This document shows, piece by piece, positions 41,423 to 51,989 of a stretch of DNA of 64,000 bases (positions are counted from its first letter, which is position 1; each line of letters begins with the position of its first letter). The DNA comes from Obrimoposthia wandeli (Eukaryota): NCBI GenBank assembly GCA_977020255.1, contig CDROCS010001143.1:124001-188000 (forward strand). Direction: 5' to 3'. The notes beneath the pieces are model-generated. The model did no database searches, was not told where the DNA came from, and saw only the letters and a list, made by a program, of their open reading frames with translations. A program made the translations under genes and the position numbers.

Positions 41423-43795
41423 TTAATGACGCCCGGGGTTGATGATTTTGTTGAATTTTTTCAGTTGGCTAACAACCTGATCATTAAATAAATTTATGTT
41501 GAATATTCCGCTGGATTTCTCTTGACCAATATCCACATGGGTTAGTAGTGCTAATGCCTCATCTACACTGCTGACGGCGTGAATGGAAAAGTCTTCTCGA
41601 CTAACGGCGGCAATGATCTCTTGGGACAGCATTAGATTACTGCAGTTACTTTTTGGAATTAATACGCCCTGCGTACCGGTCAACCCGCGTGTACTACAAA
41701 TATCAAAGTAACCTTCGATCTTTTCATTGACGCCGCCTATCGCTTGCACCTCACCATATTGGTTGACCGAACCTGTGATCGCGAGATCTTGAAGTAACGG
41801 TGCGCTGATAAGTGCTGATAGCAGTGCACAAAGTTCGGCTAAAGAGGCACTGTCTCCATCGACATAGCCATAGGATTGCTCCATCGCAATATGAGCAGAA
41901 ATAGCCAACGGGAAATCTTTACAATAACGTGCACATAGATAACCGGCCAATAGCAGCACTCCTTTGGAGTGTACTGCTTGTCCAAGTTCCACCTCTCTCT
42001 CGATATCGACAACACCATTATTGCCAGGGTGTACAGTGGCGGTGATGCGTATCGGGCAGCCAAAGCTATTTTCACCCACCTGAATAACAGACAAACCATT
42101 AACTTGTCCCATAGCAGTACCGCTAGTACTAATTACGGTTCGATCATTAAGAATATCTTCCTTAATAAGATCGTACAGTCTAGCATTACGTTGGCTGCGG
42201 TCGATAATAGCTTTATTAATATGCTCGGCGGTGATTTCACTTTGCTTGGAATGCCGTAGATGTTGATTAGCCTCAACGACAACTTCCATTATATGATCGA
42301 TACAGGCGGTAAATTTCTGCTGATTTTCAGCCACTCGACAGGCATATTCCACGATGCGTGAAATAGCGGGTGCCGTAAGTCTGGCAACTCCCGTTTCTTT
42401 GCTGCGCTGCTGTAATACGCGAGCAAACTGTCGTAGATTATTTTCACTGCATTCAATGTCACCATTAAAATCGACTAACACTCGAAATAGCTGATCGAAA
42501 GCATGATCATAGCGTTCTAACGTGTAGTAGATATCGCGGGGGCCGATCAAAATAACTTTTACCAGCAGTGGAATAGACTCTGGCTTTAATAGTTGAGGTA
42601 ATCCTGTTTGGGACTCATTTGCCGATGGGTCAATACAAATTTTCCCGTCACGCAGTGCGCATTTTAATGCTTCCCAGGTTGAAGGATCACGTAGTACTTT
42701 TTCTATCTCAAGAATTAGGTAACCCCCATTAGCGCGATGTAGTGCCCCTGAAATGATTTGTCGGTAGCTACAACTAATAGAACCCTGATCAGAACTGTAG
42801 TTGATACGGCCGAATAAATTAGCGTAGCTGGGGTTAGATTCTTGTACGATAGGTGCGCCGGTATTACTTGTTGATCGCGTTATTAAATTAGGCAGATAAA
42901 GATTTTCTAATTGGCTGCGTCGCTGGTTTGAAGTTTCATTTTGTTTGAGCTCTGGATTATTGAAGCTTTCATCAATAATTCTAGGGAGATGATTGTTAAT
43001 CTGAGCTAAATAAAACAGGGCACCGCTGTGGCCTTGATATTTCTTCTGCAAATTGTCAAATAAGCTTTTTAGTGACTGTTTGATCGTGTTATTGCACAGC
43101 TTACGCAGCTTGTTATTGAGATCTCGCTGCCACTGTGGAAGCTCTAATAGGTTATGATTGAGAAGGGTTTCCAGTACTTCAACATTGTTTCGAAATAACT
43201 CCCGCTGCTCATTGGTCATTTTTGTAAACATACTTTCATCAGCTGCCTCCCCATCAATCAATGGCGTGAAGGTGATGGCGTTATCCTCTCGGTAAACAAT
43301 AATTTTTTTAGCGGCAGCTTCACGTTCAACAACCAGTACGGCCTGATCATAAACTTGGTCAAATGTTTTTTGCAGTAGCGTTTTTTGTTGCAGGTAACTG
43401 GGATTTTCAAACACCGTGGGAAAGGTTGCCAGTAGTGCGTCGATGAGTTCTTCAATGTCACGAATGAGAGTAATACCTTGCTCTGGAGGCATGGCAATTA
43501 CACGAGGCTCGCTGGTGTTGTCGAAATTGTTAACGTAAAGCCAGTCTTGCGGCGTTACACTGCTCGATGCTAACGGCTCCAAAAACTGCATTACATAACG
43601 AATACGTCCGATACCACTTTTCCCCGCTAGATAAAGATTGTAGCCGGGATGGTTAATTTGAATGCCTTGTTCTAGCGCTTTGGTCGCACGAAGCTGACCT
43701 GGTATCTGGCTGATTTTTTGAGATTCATGCTCGGGTTCTGTGGAGAGATGATCGGGGTTTATTATGTTAGTTAGTTGCTGGGCAGTAAGTTTCAT
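41423..43795 (-). CDS. Lon-like (S16) AAA protease, LonB/YcbZ-like architecture
   Basis: GKSGIGR, GALHRANGGYL, GQVNGLSV, EQSYGYVDGDSAS (catalytic Ser), GGVNEKIEG (catalytic Lys). Confidence 0.9.
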   Translation of the reverse strand: MKLTAQQLTNIINPDHLSTEPEHESQKISQIPGQLRATKALEQGIQINHPGYNLYLAGKSGIGRIRYVMQFLEPLASSSVTPQDWLYVNNFDNTSEPRVIAMPPEQGITLIRDIEELIDALLATFPTVFENPSYLQQKTLLQKTFDQVYDQAVLVVEREAAAKKIIVYREDNAITFTPLIDGEAADESMFTKMTNEQRELFRNNVEVLETLLNHNLLELPQWQRDLNNKLRKLCNNTIKQSLKSLFDNLQKKYQGHSGALFYLAQINNHLPRIIDESFNNPELKQNETSNQRRSQLENLYLPNLITRSTSNTGAPIVQESNPSYANLFGRINYSSDQGSISCSYRQIISGALHRANGGYLILEIEKVLRDPSTWEALKCALRDGKICIDPSANESQTGLPQLLKPESIPLLVKVILIGPRDIYYTLERYDHAFDQLFRVLVDFNGDIECSENNLRQFARVLQQRSKETGVARLTAPAISRIVEYACRVAENQQKFTACIDHIMEVVVEANQHLRHSKQSEITAEHINKAIIDRSQRNARLYDLIKEDILNDRTVISTSGTAMGQVNGLSVIQVGENSFGCPIRITATVHPGNNGVVDIEREVELGQAVHSKGVLLLAGYLCARYCKDFPLAISAHIAMEQSYGYVDGDSASLAELCALLSALISAPLLQDLAITGSVNQYGEVQAIGGVNEKIEGYFDICSTRGLTGTQGVLIPKSNCSNLMLSQEIIAAVSREDFSIHAVSSVDEALALLTHVDIGQEKSSGIFNINLFNDQVVSQLKKFNKIINPGRH

Positions 43796-44034
43796 TAGAA
43801 TCCATAATTGTTTGCCATAACTTACAGTTATAGCAAATTTATCAGTCTTTTGAATTAAACCTCACTATAAATAAAAAGTAGTAGGGTCTAAACATTGATA
43901 ATGCTCTTGCGGGTAAGGATTCCGTACACACTCAACGTCACTTTGAAAAGCAACGCTGTGCACATTCATCTGCTTCGAAACCAAGCTTAAATAAAACACA
44001 TCCCCCTAACAGCCCGTTTATTAATTGAGCCGCT

Positions 44035-45210
44035 TTATTTAACCACTATTCTTGGAGAGCGCATGACTATTTCATCATTTAGCTCAATACCAATACCTGG
44101 TGTTTCACTTACCACAAATTGCCCATTAACAGGCTGAGGGTCTTGAATACACAACTCTCTATTCCATGCTTTTATCGCGTAAGTGTGATGTTCGTGAATT
44201 AAAAAATTGGGTATTGCTGTCTCTAAATGTAAAGAAGCGGCTGTTGCAACTGGCCCGCCACACACGTGCGCTTGAATGCGAATATCAAAGATATCAGCGT
44301 AATCACACACTTTTTTAGTTTCTGTAAATCCACCACACAAACCAATATCAGGTTGAAGAACATCAATGCTTTGATCTTCAAAATATGGGCGAACTTGCCA
44401 GCGATTGTAAAGACGCTCACCACCAGCGAGCGGTACATTAACCTTATCAGCCACTTTCTTATGTAATGAATGATTCAGATAATTAACCGGCTCCTCAAAA
44501 TACATACAGTCAAACTCTTCTGCTAGTTTTCCTAGCTGAATAGCCGTTGTAGCACCCGGTAATGAATGGCATTCAAAAATAATATCGACTTCATCGCCCA
44601 CGGCATCGCGAATAGCAGCTAAACGTGAGCGGTATAATTTCATTTCACCGCGTGAGATTATGTTGGTTCTGTCGTAATATGTATTCCCATCTTTGTCATA
44701 CATAATAGGGTCAACTTTAACCGCATCATAACCTTGTGCTACCGCTTTTAAAGCTGCTTCTGCATATTGTTCAGGCTGTGAAAGGGCTTTAAATTCAACA
44801 TCCCAATCAAATTGCAATTGAGATGCATAAGTGCGCAGCGAATCATTCACTTTGCCGCCTAACAATTGATAGACAGGTAGGTTTAGCGCTTTGCCTTTAA
44901 TATCCCATAATGCAGTATCTATCGCGCTCATCGCCGCATACACAACAGGCCCGCCGCCCAAACCCCAAAAGCTTTCACGCAACATCCGTGACCACAGTTT
45001 TTCAGTTTGAAAAGGATCATGCCCTATCAAAAAAGCCTCTGCCATTTCTTTAATCATATGTGCCGCCGCACTATGCCCTACATCATAAGCTAACCCAGCC
45101 TCCCCAATACCATTAATACCTTCATCAGTATGGATTCTTATGAACACTGGATTCCAAGATGGTCGATCTGGACAATGAATATCAAAGACTTCAACGGATA
45201 CTACTTTCAT
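44035..45210 (-). CDS. Mandelate racemase/galactonate dehydratase-like enolase-superfamily enzyme
   Basis: TDEGINGIGE, AIDTALWDIKGK, KVDP, FECH, FEEP, GGER, QPD, HEHH. Start moved to ATG 45210 (GGAG RBS). Confidence 0.88.
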   Translation of the reverse strand: MKVVSVEVFDIHCPDRPSWNPVFIRIHTDEGINGIGEAGLAYDVGHSAAAHMIKEMAEAFLIGHDPFQTEKLWSRMLRESFWGLGGGPVVYAAMSAIDTALWDIKGKALNLPVYQLLGGKVNDSLRTYASQLQFDWDVEFKALSQPEQYAEAALKAVAQGYDAVKVDPIMYDKDGNTYYDRTNIISRGEMKLYRSRLAAIRDAVGDEVDIIFECHSLPGATTAIQLGKLAEEFDCMYFEEPVNYLNHSLHKKVADKVNVPLAGGERLYNRWQVRPYFEDQSIDVLQPDIGLCGGFTETKKVCDYADIFDIRIQAHVCGGPVATAASLHLETAIPNFLIHEHHTYAIKAWNRELCIQDPQPVNGQFVVSETPGIGIELNDEIVMRSPRIVVK

Positions 45211-45334
45211 GATTTTCTCCAATATAACAGCACTGCATTATCTTAATAATTAATGACCGCAGCACTTTAAATAAATTTAATATACTAATTCGGTATAAAA
45301 TTAGACTTATCTCAAAAAATTTTCAGACATATTT

Positions 45335-46102
45335 TTAAAGCATAAAATCAGGATCCAGCTTGTAAGCTTTTCGCAGCATCGCTGGCCAAATTTTTTGCCC
45401 ACCCGATTCACCAATATTAACAATACTTTGTTGTTGTTTAATATTCTCTAAAATAGCTTGAGGTATAGTCGTAGCCACTTGCCCGGTGGATTGCAACATC
45501 ACCTGTATTTCACAAGCGCGCTGTAGATCAAAGAAGCGCATAAATGCATCCCCAACCGTCGCACCAACGGTAAGCCCACCATGGTTAACTAATAACATAT
45601 GATTAGTATTGCCTAAATCATCTTGCAGACGCTTCTTCTCTGCCGCATTGACCGCAAGACCTTCATAGCCGTGATAAGACAAAGAAGCCAGTGAAAACAT
45701 AGAGTACTGACTATAAGCTAATAGGCCTTCCTTTTGTGATGCAACCACTGTAGTGGCGTTGGTGTGTAAATGTATCACGCAATGTGCGTCAGGGCGTGCT
45801 TCGTGAATAGCGCTATGTATTGTAAAGCCAGCAGGGTTTATCACATAAGGCGTATCATCTAAAATATTACCTTGTAAATCTACTTTAACCAAATTTGAAG
45901 CGTTTACTTCATTAAATGCTAGGCCAAAAGGGTTCACTAGGTATTCATCTGTACCCGCTAGGCGCGCTGATAAATGCGTATAAATAATATCATCCCACCC
46001 TAAATCTGCCACTAGCCGATAGCAGGCAGCTAAATCAACACGCAGCTGCCACTCCTGCTCACTTACTTTACCTTTTAAACTCAAAAAAGCTAAATCTTCC
46101 AC
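45335..46102 (-). CDS. Class II aldolase/adducin family protein
   Basis: EWQLRVDLAACYRL, YTHLSAR, NPAGFTIHSAIH, HLH, LVNHG; GTG start. Confidence 0.9.
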   Translation of the reverse strand: MEDLAFLSLKGKVSEQEWQLRVDLAACYRLVADLGWDDIIYTHLSARLAGTDEYLVNPFGLAFNEVNASNLVKVDLQGNILDDTPYVINPAGFTIHSAIHEARPDAHCVIHLHTNATTVVASQKEGLLAYSQYSMFSLASLSYHGYEGLAVNAAEKKRLQDDLGNTNHMLLVNHGGLTVGATVGDAFMRFFDLQRACEIQVMLQSTGQVATTIPQAILENIKQQQSIVNIGESGGQKIWPAMLRKAYKLDPDFML

Positions 46103-46305
46103 TTAGTTAACCTCTAATGTTACACTTCGACGAATCGCTTTATACTAGCTGCTTGGTGCTTAAAATACAGCTTAATTTGTTATTAAAAATCATTGGTACT
46201 TGGTTTGACTTTTGTGGTCAACTCACTCACGAACTTTAGGTTAGTGACAGATATGCTAACACCTACCTTTAACCGAATAATTTTCTATTTTTTAGGAGTT
46301 TAAAA

Positions 46306-46983
46306 ATGCCAACTATACTCATCACGGGCGCCAATCGCGGTATCGGCCAAGCTTTATGTAATGCTTATTTAGCAGATGGCTGGAAAGTATTCGCGACATC
46401 ACGCAGCCCTGACGCCCAGATGCCTGAGGGCGCTGAGCACTATGTATTAGATGTTTCTAACCCACACTCAATTAGCCAATTAACTGAACAGCTAGACGGG
46501 CGAGAAATTGATGTTATCTGGAATAATGCCGGTGTTTATTTAGATAAAAATGTGCCACTAGCACAAGTTACTCAACAAGCTTGGCTAGATACTTTTGCCA
46601 TAAACACGGTTGCTCCAATACAAATAGCCCATGCGCTTCATGCTAATTTACAAAACTCCTCTAGAAAAGTATTGGCATTCACCACCAGTAAAATGGGCTC
46701 TCTTGAAGTAAATGGAAAGAATGCTTTTGCTTATCGCGCCTCAAAAAGCGCACTTAATATGGCCGTACGCTGCTTAGCTCATGAATTAGAGTCGCAAAAA
46801 ATCAGTTGTTTACTATTACATCCAGGGCACGTTAAAACGGATATGGGTGGAGAAGAAGGCGCGATTGATACTGCGACAAGTGTGAAAGGCATGCGCGCCA
46901 TCGTAGATGGTGTTAGTGTCGATCGATATCCAGCTTTTAATAGCCAGTATTTTGATTACGACGGCACTACTATTGCCTGGTAA
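46306..46983 (+). CDS. Short-chain dehydrogenase/reductase (C-factor-like)
   Basis: ITGANRGIG, NNAG, YRASKSALN, HPGHVKTDMGG. Confidence 0.92.
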   Translation: MPTILITGANRGIGQALCNAYLADGWKVFATSRSPDAQMPEGAEHYVLDVSNPHSISQLTEQLDGREIDVIWNNAGVYLDKNVPLAQVTQQAWLDTFAINTVAPIQIAHALHANLQNSSRKVLAFTTSKMGSLEVNGKNAFAYRASKSALNMAVRCLAHELESQKISCLLLHPGHVKTDMGGEEGAIDTATSVKGMRAIVDGVSVDRYPAFNSQYFDYDGTTIAW

Positions 46984-47116
46984 CCTTCCGTTATAGATAA
47001 TCTACTAGCTGGTGATAATCAACTAATTTCTATGCAGATAAAAAGCGTGAGTATTCTAACTCATTCATTTTAAGGGGGTGTTAGCCGTTTTTGCATAAAA
47101 TGAGATAGCAGTCTTT

Positions 47117-48013
47117 TTAGGAACACATTGCCATTTCTAACAGCCATTGTCTAAAGGCAATGACAGCCGGATAATTTTCACTATTGTTAGCTATTTCCAA
47201 GTAATGCGCCCCTACAACTATAGCTTTGTTATTGGTAGCGGGCACTAGGGACCCAAGTGCCAATTCATTTTGAATGTATGCAGTATTTGCCAGTGCTATA
47301 CCGTGTCCGGCAACAGCTGCTTGAATAGCCACATCATCTTGTTCAAATTTTAACGCTGTATCAATGGGGAGCTTTTCTATGTTTAAAAATTCACCCCATA
47401 AGCGCCAGTCTCGGCCCGTTAATTCATTGAGTATCAATTTACTATTTTTTAATCCCTGCACATCAAAAGGCTGGTTGCTATGTACTTTCTTGGCTGCTAA
47501 TACCGATGGAGCACAAACCGCTAACAGCCGCTCATCTAATAATTTTATTCGCCTATTTACATGATTAAGTGCTGGCTTTAAAGAATAACAAATCAATACA
47601 TCAGAATCCTTTAATGCCAATATGTTTTCACTGCTAGTTGCTTGTATATGCACTGGGTAATGCGGGAACTTATGTTCAAAATTAACCAGTTTTGGCAGCA
47701 ACCATCGTATTGCAAAACTTGTCGTGACATTAATATTCAAGCCATGATCTTTCGCTGTTAATTGCGCGGATACTTGAGAAACGCTTTCCAAAGCAGGTGC
47801 GCACACAGAAAACAACAACTCGCCACTTTCAGAAAGCTGCATCGCCCTGCCTTTTTTTACAAACAGTGCTTTAGAGTAATATTGTGCCAGTAATTTCATT
47901 TGCCTGCTTATCGCCCCTTCTGTTACATGTAACTCATTTGCAGCTTTTACAAAACTGAGGTGCTTTGCCGCCACACAAAAATAATGCAAGGCAGTTAAGG
48001 GCGGAAGCTTCAT
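47117..48013 (-). CDS. LysR-family regulator (GcvA-like)
   Basis: MKLPPLTAL..F..AAKHLSF..AA.EL.VT..AISRQ, SFAIRWLLPKL, QAAVAGHGIALA. Confidence 0.92.
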   Translation of the reverse strand: MKLPPLTALHYFCVAAKHLSFVKAANELHVTEGAISRQMKLLAQYYSKALFVKKGRAMQLSESGELLFSVCAPALESVSQVSAQLTAKDHGLNINVTTSFAIRWLLPKLVNFEHKFPHYPVHIQATSSENILALKDSDVLICYSLKPALNHVNRRIKLLDERLLAVCAPSVLAAKKVHSNQPFDVQGLKNSKLILNELTGRDWRLWGEFLNIEKLPIDTALKFEQDDVAIQAAVAGHGIALANTAYIQNELALGSLVPATNNKAIVVGAHYLEIANNSENYPAVIAFRQWLLEMAMCS

Positions 48014-48116
48014 ACACTTACTCTTTACAAAAACTCAAGTATAGCAGATGTTTTATCCATTGTTTGTTCAGGTATCAATATGTTTTAATTTACTCATTAA
48101 CTTACAAGGGCTTCAC

Positions 48117-49325
48117 ATGATTAATAACCTAAACTACCTTTTAAACGACCTACAAACAGATGAAGATTTAATTCATTTCAATAACGCGGGTGCTTCGCTA
48201 ATGCCCAAGCAGGTTCTGGATAGCCAAATTGAGCATTTAAAATTAGAGAGCCAGATTGGAGGGTATGAAGCTGCCCAGCAGCAAGAGCAAAAAATAGCGG
48301 CAGTGTATAGCAGTGTCGCCAAGCTTATTAATTGTAAAGAAACAGAAGTTGCGTTAGTTGAGAATGCCACTATTGGCTGGTTAAGCGCTTTCAAATCTAT
48401 TCAATTCAAACACTCTGATATTATTCTAACTGCCGAGTGTGAGTATGGTTCTAACTATTTAGCCTACTTACAGTTACAACAGGAAATAGGAGTTAAAATT
48501 TCAGTTATTCCCTCCAATAAGCATGGGGAAATATGTACGAAAAGCCTTGCTGACCTACTAGAAAAAGACATTGATAATAACATTAAACTTATCTCAATTA
48601 CCCATATCCCGACCAATAGCGGCTTGGTGAATCCTATAAAAAAAATAGGTGAACTTGCTCGTCAATACCATGTATTGTATTTGGTCGACGCTTGTCAAAC
48701 CGCGGGGCAACTTCCCATCGATGTGCAATCAATACAATGTGACTTTCTCACGGCCACCGCTAGGAAATACTTACGAGGCAGCAGGGGGGCCGGTTTTTTA
48801 TATGTGCGTGAAGCAATTATTGATAAATCAAATCCTCCTTTAATTGATGTGCGCTCAGCTTTGTGGACTAGCCCTAACAGTTACCAGTTTCGCACCGACG
48901 CTAAACGTTTTGAAAATTGGGAGAATAATTATAGTGCGCTGCTAGGCATGGGTTGCGCCATAGACTACGCATTAGCAATAGGGATTGATAATATAGCTTC
49001 TAGAAATAAGCTGCTAGCAGGTAATTTAAGAGTACAGCTCGCCGCTATAAACTCAGTAACAGTGCAGGATATTGGTCGAAATAAATGCGCTATCGTTACT
49101 TTCTCTGTAGCAGGAATCCCTTCTACTGTGATAAAAAGCCGCTTAAAAAACTACCATATAAATGTCAGCTGCAGCTCCCCAAGTAGCACTCTAATTGACG
49201 CGACTAAACGTAATTTACCCGACGTGATAAGAGCTTCGATACACTATTTTAATAATGATCAACAAATCGATTTTTTTATTCACAGCCTCGCTAAAATTAT
49301 TGAGCAGTATTATATTGAAGATTAA
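48117..49325 (+). CDS. Class V PLP-dependent aminotransferase / cysteine desulfurase-like enzyme
   Basis: HFNNAGASLMP, ITHIPTNSG, VDACQTAGQ, TATARKYLRG (PLP Lys). Start moved to MINNLNY. Confidence 0.85.
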   Translation: MINNLNYLLNDLQTDEDLIHFNNAGASLMPKQVLDSQIEHLKLESQIGGYEAAQQQEQKIAAVYSSVAKLINCKETEVALVENATIGWLSAFKSIQFKHSDIILTAECEYGSNYLAYLQLQQEIGVKISVIPSNKHGEICTKSLADLLEKDIDNNIKLISITHIPTNSGLVNPIKKIGELARQYHVLYLVDACQTAGQLPIDVQSIQCDFLTATARKYLRGSRGAGFLYVREAIIDKSNPPLIDVRSALWTSPNSYQFRTDAKRFENWENNYSALLGMGCAIDYALAIGIDNIASRNKLLAGNLRVQLAAINSVTVQDIGRNKCAIVTFSVAGIPSTVIKSRLKNYHINVSCSSPSSTLIDATKRNLPDVIRASIHYFNNDQQIDFFIHSLAKIIEQYYIED

Positions 49326-49329
49326 CCGC

Positions 49330-50577
49330 TTATTTTAATTGCATACTTTGCTGCGCTAAAGTTTGTTTAAAACTATTTAAGCTAGCTTTAGTTAGTACTG
49401 CACTCTTATTATTGTGTAGTGACTCATCTGTAGAAACATAATCAATTTGCAGCTTTTCAGCTTGCTGGAACTGCATGAAGTCATTGATAGATTCAGCCAG
49501 TGGTTGCAGCAATTTTTCTAGATTGGCTGTGTGTAAATGTAAGTGCGCAATACTCATTAGCCGTTCTTTACGATGCATTTTCACATCCATACGCCCGACA
49601 AACACTTGGCTTTGCAATATAGGTAAACTGAAATAGCCATACACCCTTTTATCTGCAGGCAGATAACATTCAATTTGATAATTAAAGTTAAATAGCTCTA
49701 ACATTCGCTTACGCTGTATAATTAAATTATCAAAAGGTGACAATATTTTAACTTTTTGCTGAGTTAACTTTTGCTGTAATAAAGCTAAACTGCTCGCTTG
49801 GGTATAATATTGTTGCCCCGCTATAGATAGAGATAGCACTTGCCCTGTTTCTAACATTATTTGCAGTTGCTGTTTTATGTTTGCTTTTATACCCTTGAGC
49901 AAATAGGAAAAATGTTCTATTTTTGCCAGGGCATGATTATTCAAATACTGTAAAATCAGATATTCACAGTACTCGCTTGTACTAGGCGCTTTAGTATCGA
50001 TATTGTCTGGTAACACTCGATGCGTTAAATCGTATACTTTTTGAAACCCACGCCTTTGTGTCACCATTAAATCGCCTTGCATAAACAGTTGCTCTAAGGC
50101 TATTTTCGCAGGCTTCCAATCCCACCAACCATTTTTGTGGTTTGCCGTGCTGGCAAAATCTTTCGCCATTAATGGACCTTTATCAGTAATACTCGCTAAT
50201 ACATGGTCCATCACTTTTTGATCTTTATTAAACCAATGTTTTTCACCGCTTTTTAGTGCTAACTTACGCGGCAAACTAAACTTATAATCTGCCATCGGTA
50301 GATAAGCTGCAGCGTGAGACCAATATTCAAAAATTTTCTGCTCTGTTAATAGTGAATCTAAATGTGTTTGTGAGTAATTTCTTACTCGGTTGTATAAACT
50401 ATGATGGTGCGCTCTGGCAATCACAGAAATTGAATCTATCTGCACATACCCCATATGTTGAATACTTTGCAGAACTGCCTCTTTACCTTGCGCGCTCTTA
50501 GCTTTGAAAAATAGTTTCTGCTGTAGAATAACCAATTTTTGCGCTTGAGTTATACTCATCTCAGGTATTGAATTCAT
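49330..50577 (-). CDS. ycaQ: YcaQ/AlkZ-like winged-helix DNA glycosylase
   Basis: GYVQIDSISVIARAH (QxD motif), FEYWSH, ILSPFDNLI.QRKR, YQIECY.P..KR.YGYF. Confidence 0.88.
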   Translation of the reverse strand: MNSIPEMSITQAQKLVILQQKLFFKAKSAQGKEAVLQSIQHMGYVQIDSISVIARAHHHSLYNRVRNYSQTHLDSLLTEQKIFEYWSHAAAYLPMADYKFSLPRKLALKSGEKHWFNKDQKVMDHVLASITDKGPLMAKDFASTANHKNGWWDWKPAKIALEQLFMQGDLMVTQRRGFQKVYDLTHRVLPDNIDTKAPSTSEYCEYLILQYLNNHALAKIEHFSYLLKGIKANIKQQLQIMLETGQVLSLSIAGQQYYTQASSLALLQQKLTQQKVKILSPFDNLIIQRKRMLELFNFNYQIECYLPADKRVYGYFSLPILQSQVFVGRMDVKMHRKERLMSIAHLHLHTANLEKLLQPLAESINDFMQFQQAEKLQIDYVSTDESLHNNKSAVLTKASLNSFKQTLAQQSMQLK

Positions 50578-50738
50578 AAGTATCCATAAAATTTCAGTTA
50601 ATTAGCGTCACACAACTAGTATAAAACAACACAGTTGTTAAAATCAGAGCTTAAATATTGAGTTAATAATTATCGGGTAGAGTGTTCATTTCTAACTCTT
50701 ATCCGCTATTTTTACCCTTTAAGCAATAGGAGACTTTC

Positions 50739-51176
50739 ATGCGCTATCTTCACACAATGGTTCGAGTTAAAGATTTAGAAAAATCATTACATTTCTACTG
50801 CGATCTACTCGGTTTAGTCCAAGTTAAACGATCTGATAACGACAAAGGCCAATTCTCACTGATCTTTTTAGCTGCACCTTACAATAAAGATGCGCTTGAG
50901 TTAAGCAGCCCTTTGATTGAGCTAACTTATAATTGGCAAACTGAAGATTATCCAGATGGGCGTAATTTTGGCCATTTAGCTTTTGAAGTAGACAATATTT
51001 ACCAATTGTGTGAAACGTTACAAGCCGCAGGAGTTGTTATTAACCGCCCACCGAGGGACGGTTATATGGCATTTGTACGCTCCCCTGATAATATTTCAGT
51101 AGAGCTTTTACAAAAAGGTGCGCCACTGGCTAAAACAGAGCCTTGGGCTTCAATGGAAAATACTGGTGCCTGGTAA
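50739..51176 (+). CDS. gloA: Lactoylglutathione lyase (glyoxalase I)
   Basis: [48 protein letters not shown]. Confidence 0.93.
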   Translation: MRYLHTMVRVKDLEKSLHFYCDLLGLVQVKRSDNDKGQFSLIFLAAPYNKDALELSSPLIELTYNWQTEDYPDGRNFGHLAFEVDNIYQLCETLQAAGVVINRPPRDGYMAFVRSPDNISVELLQKGAPLAKTEPWASMENTGAW

Positions 51177-51237
51177 ATACTACTGCTTAGTCATAAAGTA
51201 AAAGTTGATTGTTATTAAATATTTATAGGATTAATCA

Positions 51238-51978
51238 GTGCTAGGATTTGCGACCACCAATTTGCACAACAGTGCTAATGCTGATTTTTCTTTTCAGTAT
51301 CAAATAAAACGCAGCAAACGGAAAACGCTTTGTGTGCAAATCAAACACGGTGAAGTCAGAGTATTAGCACCGATGCGTTTTCCAAAAGCCGAAATCCTAC
51401 TTTTTTTGCAACAAAAGCAAACTTGGATAGAAGCTAAAATACAGCTGCAAATAGCAAGAGTAAACCAGTTACAAGTATTGCAAAAAAGCGATGTATTACT
51501 TTGTAATGGTATTGAAAAAACGCTGATCACCAACAACGGTAGTCGCTTTGCTATTAGCGAAGATGCATTACATGTATATATAGACATCCCCAGCAAAGTG
51601 GCTAGTGAGAAGCGTGATCTATACATCAAAAAACAGCTGGCAAACTGGTTTCAAGACAAAGCACTGCAGCTGCTGCCAAATAAGTTAGCGCAATTTAGTT
51701 ATCAGCTAGAGCTAGAACCCACTGATTTACACATTAAGCGCTACAAAGCACGCTGGGGGAGTTGTAATTGTCGCGGGGAAATCAGCCTCAACTATTTACT
51801 AATGATGACCCCAGATTTCGTGATTGATTATGTCATTGTGCATGAGTTATGCCATTTAAAACATATGAATCATTCCGCTAGTTTTTGGGCATTAGTTGCC
51901 TTACATTACCCAGCGTTTAAGCAAGCTAAACTATGGCTAAAACAACATAGTTCCCAATTAAACGCTTTTCATCAATAG
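51238..51978 (+). CDS. M48/SprT-like YgjP family metal-dependent hydrolase
   Basis: RSKRKTL, RWGSCN, DYVIVHELCH..HMNHS..FW. Start uncertain (GTG). Confidence 0.85.
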   Translation: MLGFATTNLHNSANADFSFQYQIKRSKRKTLCVQIKHGEVRVLAPMRFPKAEILLFLQQKQTWIEAKIQLQIARVNQLQVLQKSDVLLCNGIEKTLITNNGSRFAISEDALHVYIDIPSKVASEKRDLYIKKQLANWFQDKALQLLPNKLAQFSYQLELEPTDLHIKRYKARWGSCNCRGEISLNYLLMMTPDFVIDYVIVHELCHLKHMNHSASFWALVALHYPAFKQAKLWLKQHSSQLNAFHQ

Positions 51979-51989
51979 GAAAAATATAC

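Noticed and set aside
41423-43795. Impression of higher GC in the Lon-like gene, suggesting horizontal transfer
   Set aside because: Spot counts of 60-bp lines overlapped those of neighbouring genes; it cannot be supported without a computed GC or codon profile.
43870-43990. Possible IS remnant (TAGGGTCTAAACA end-like sequence, FEADE peptide on the minus strand)
   Set aside because: No matching second end and no extended transposase similarity.
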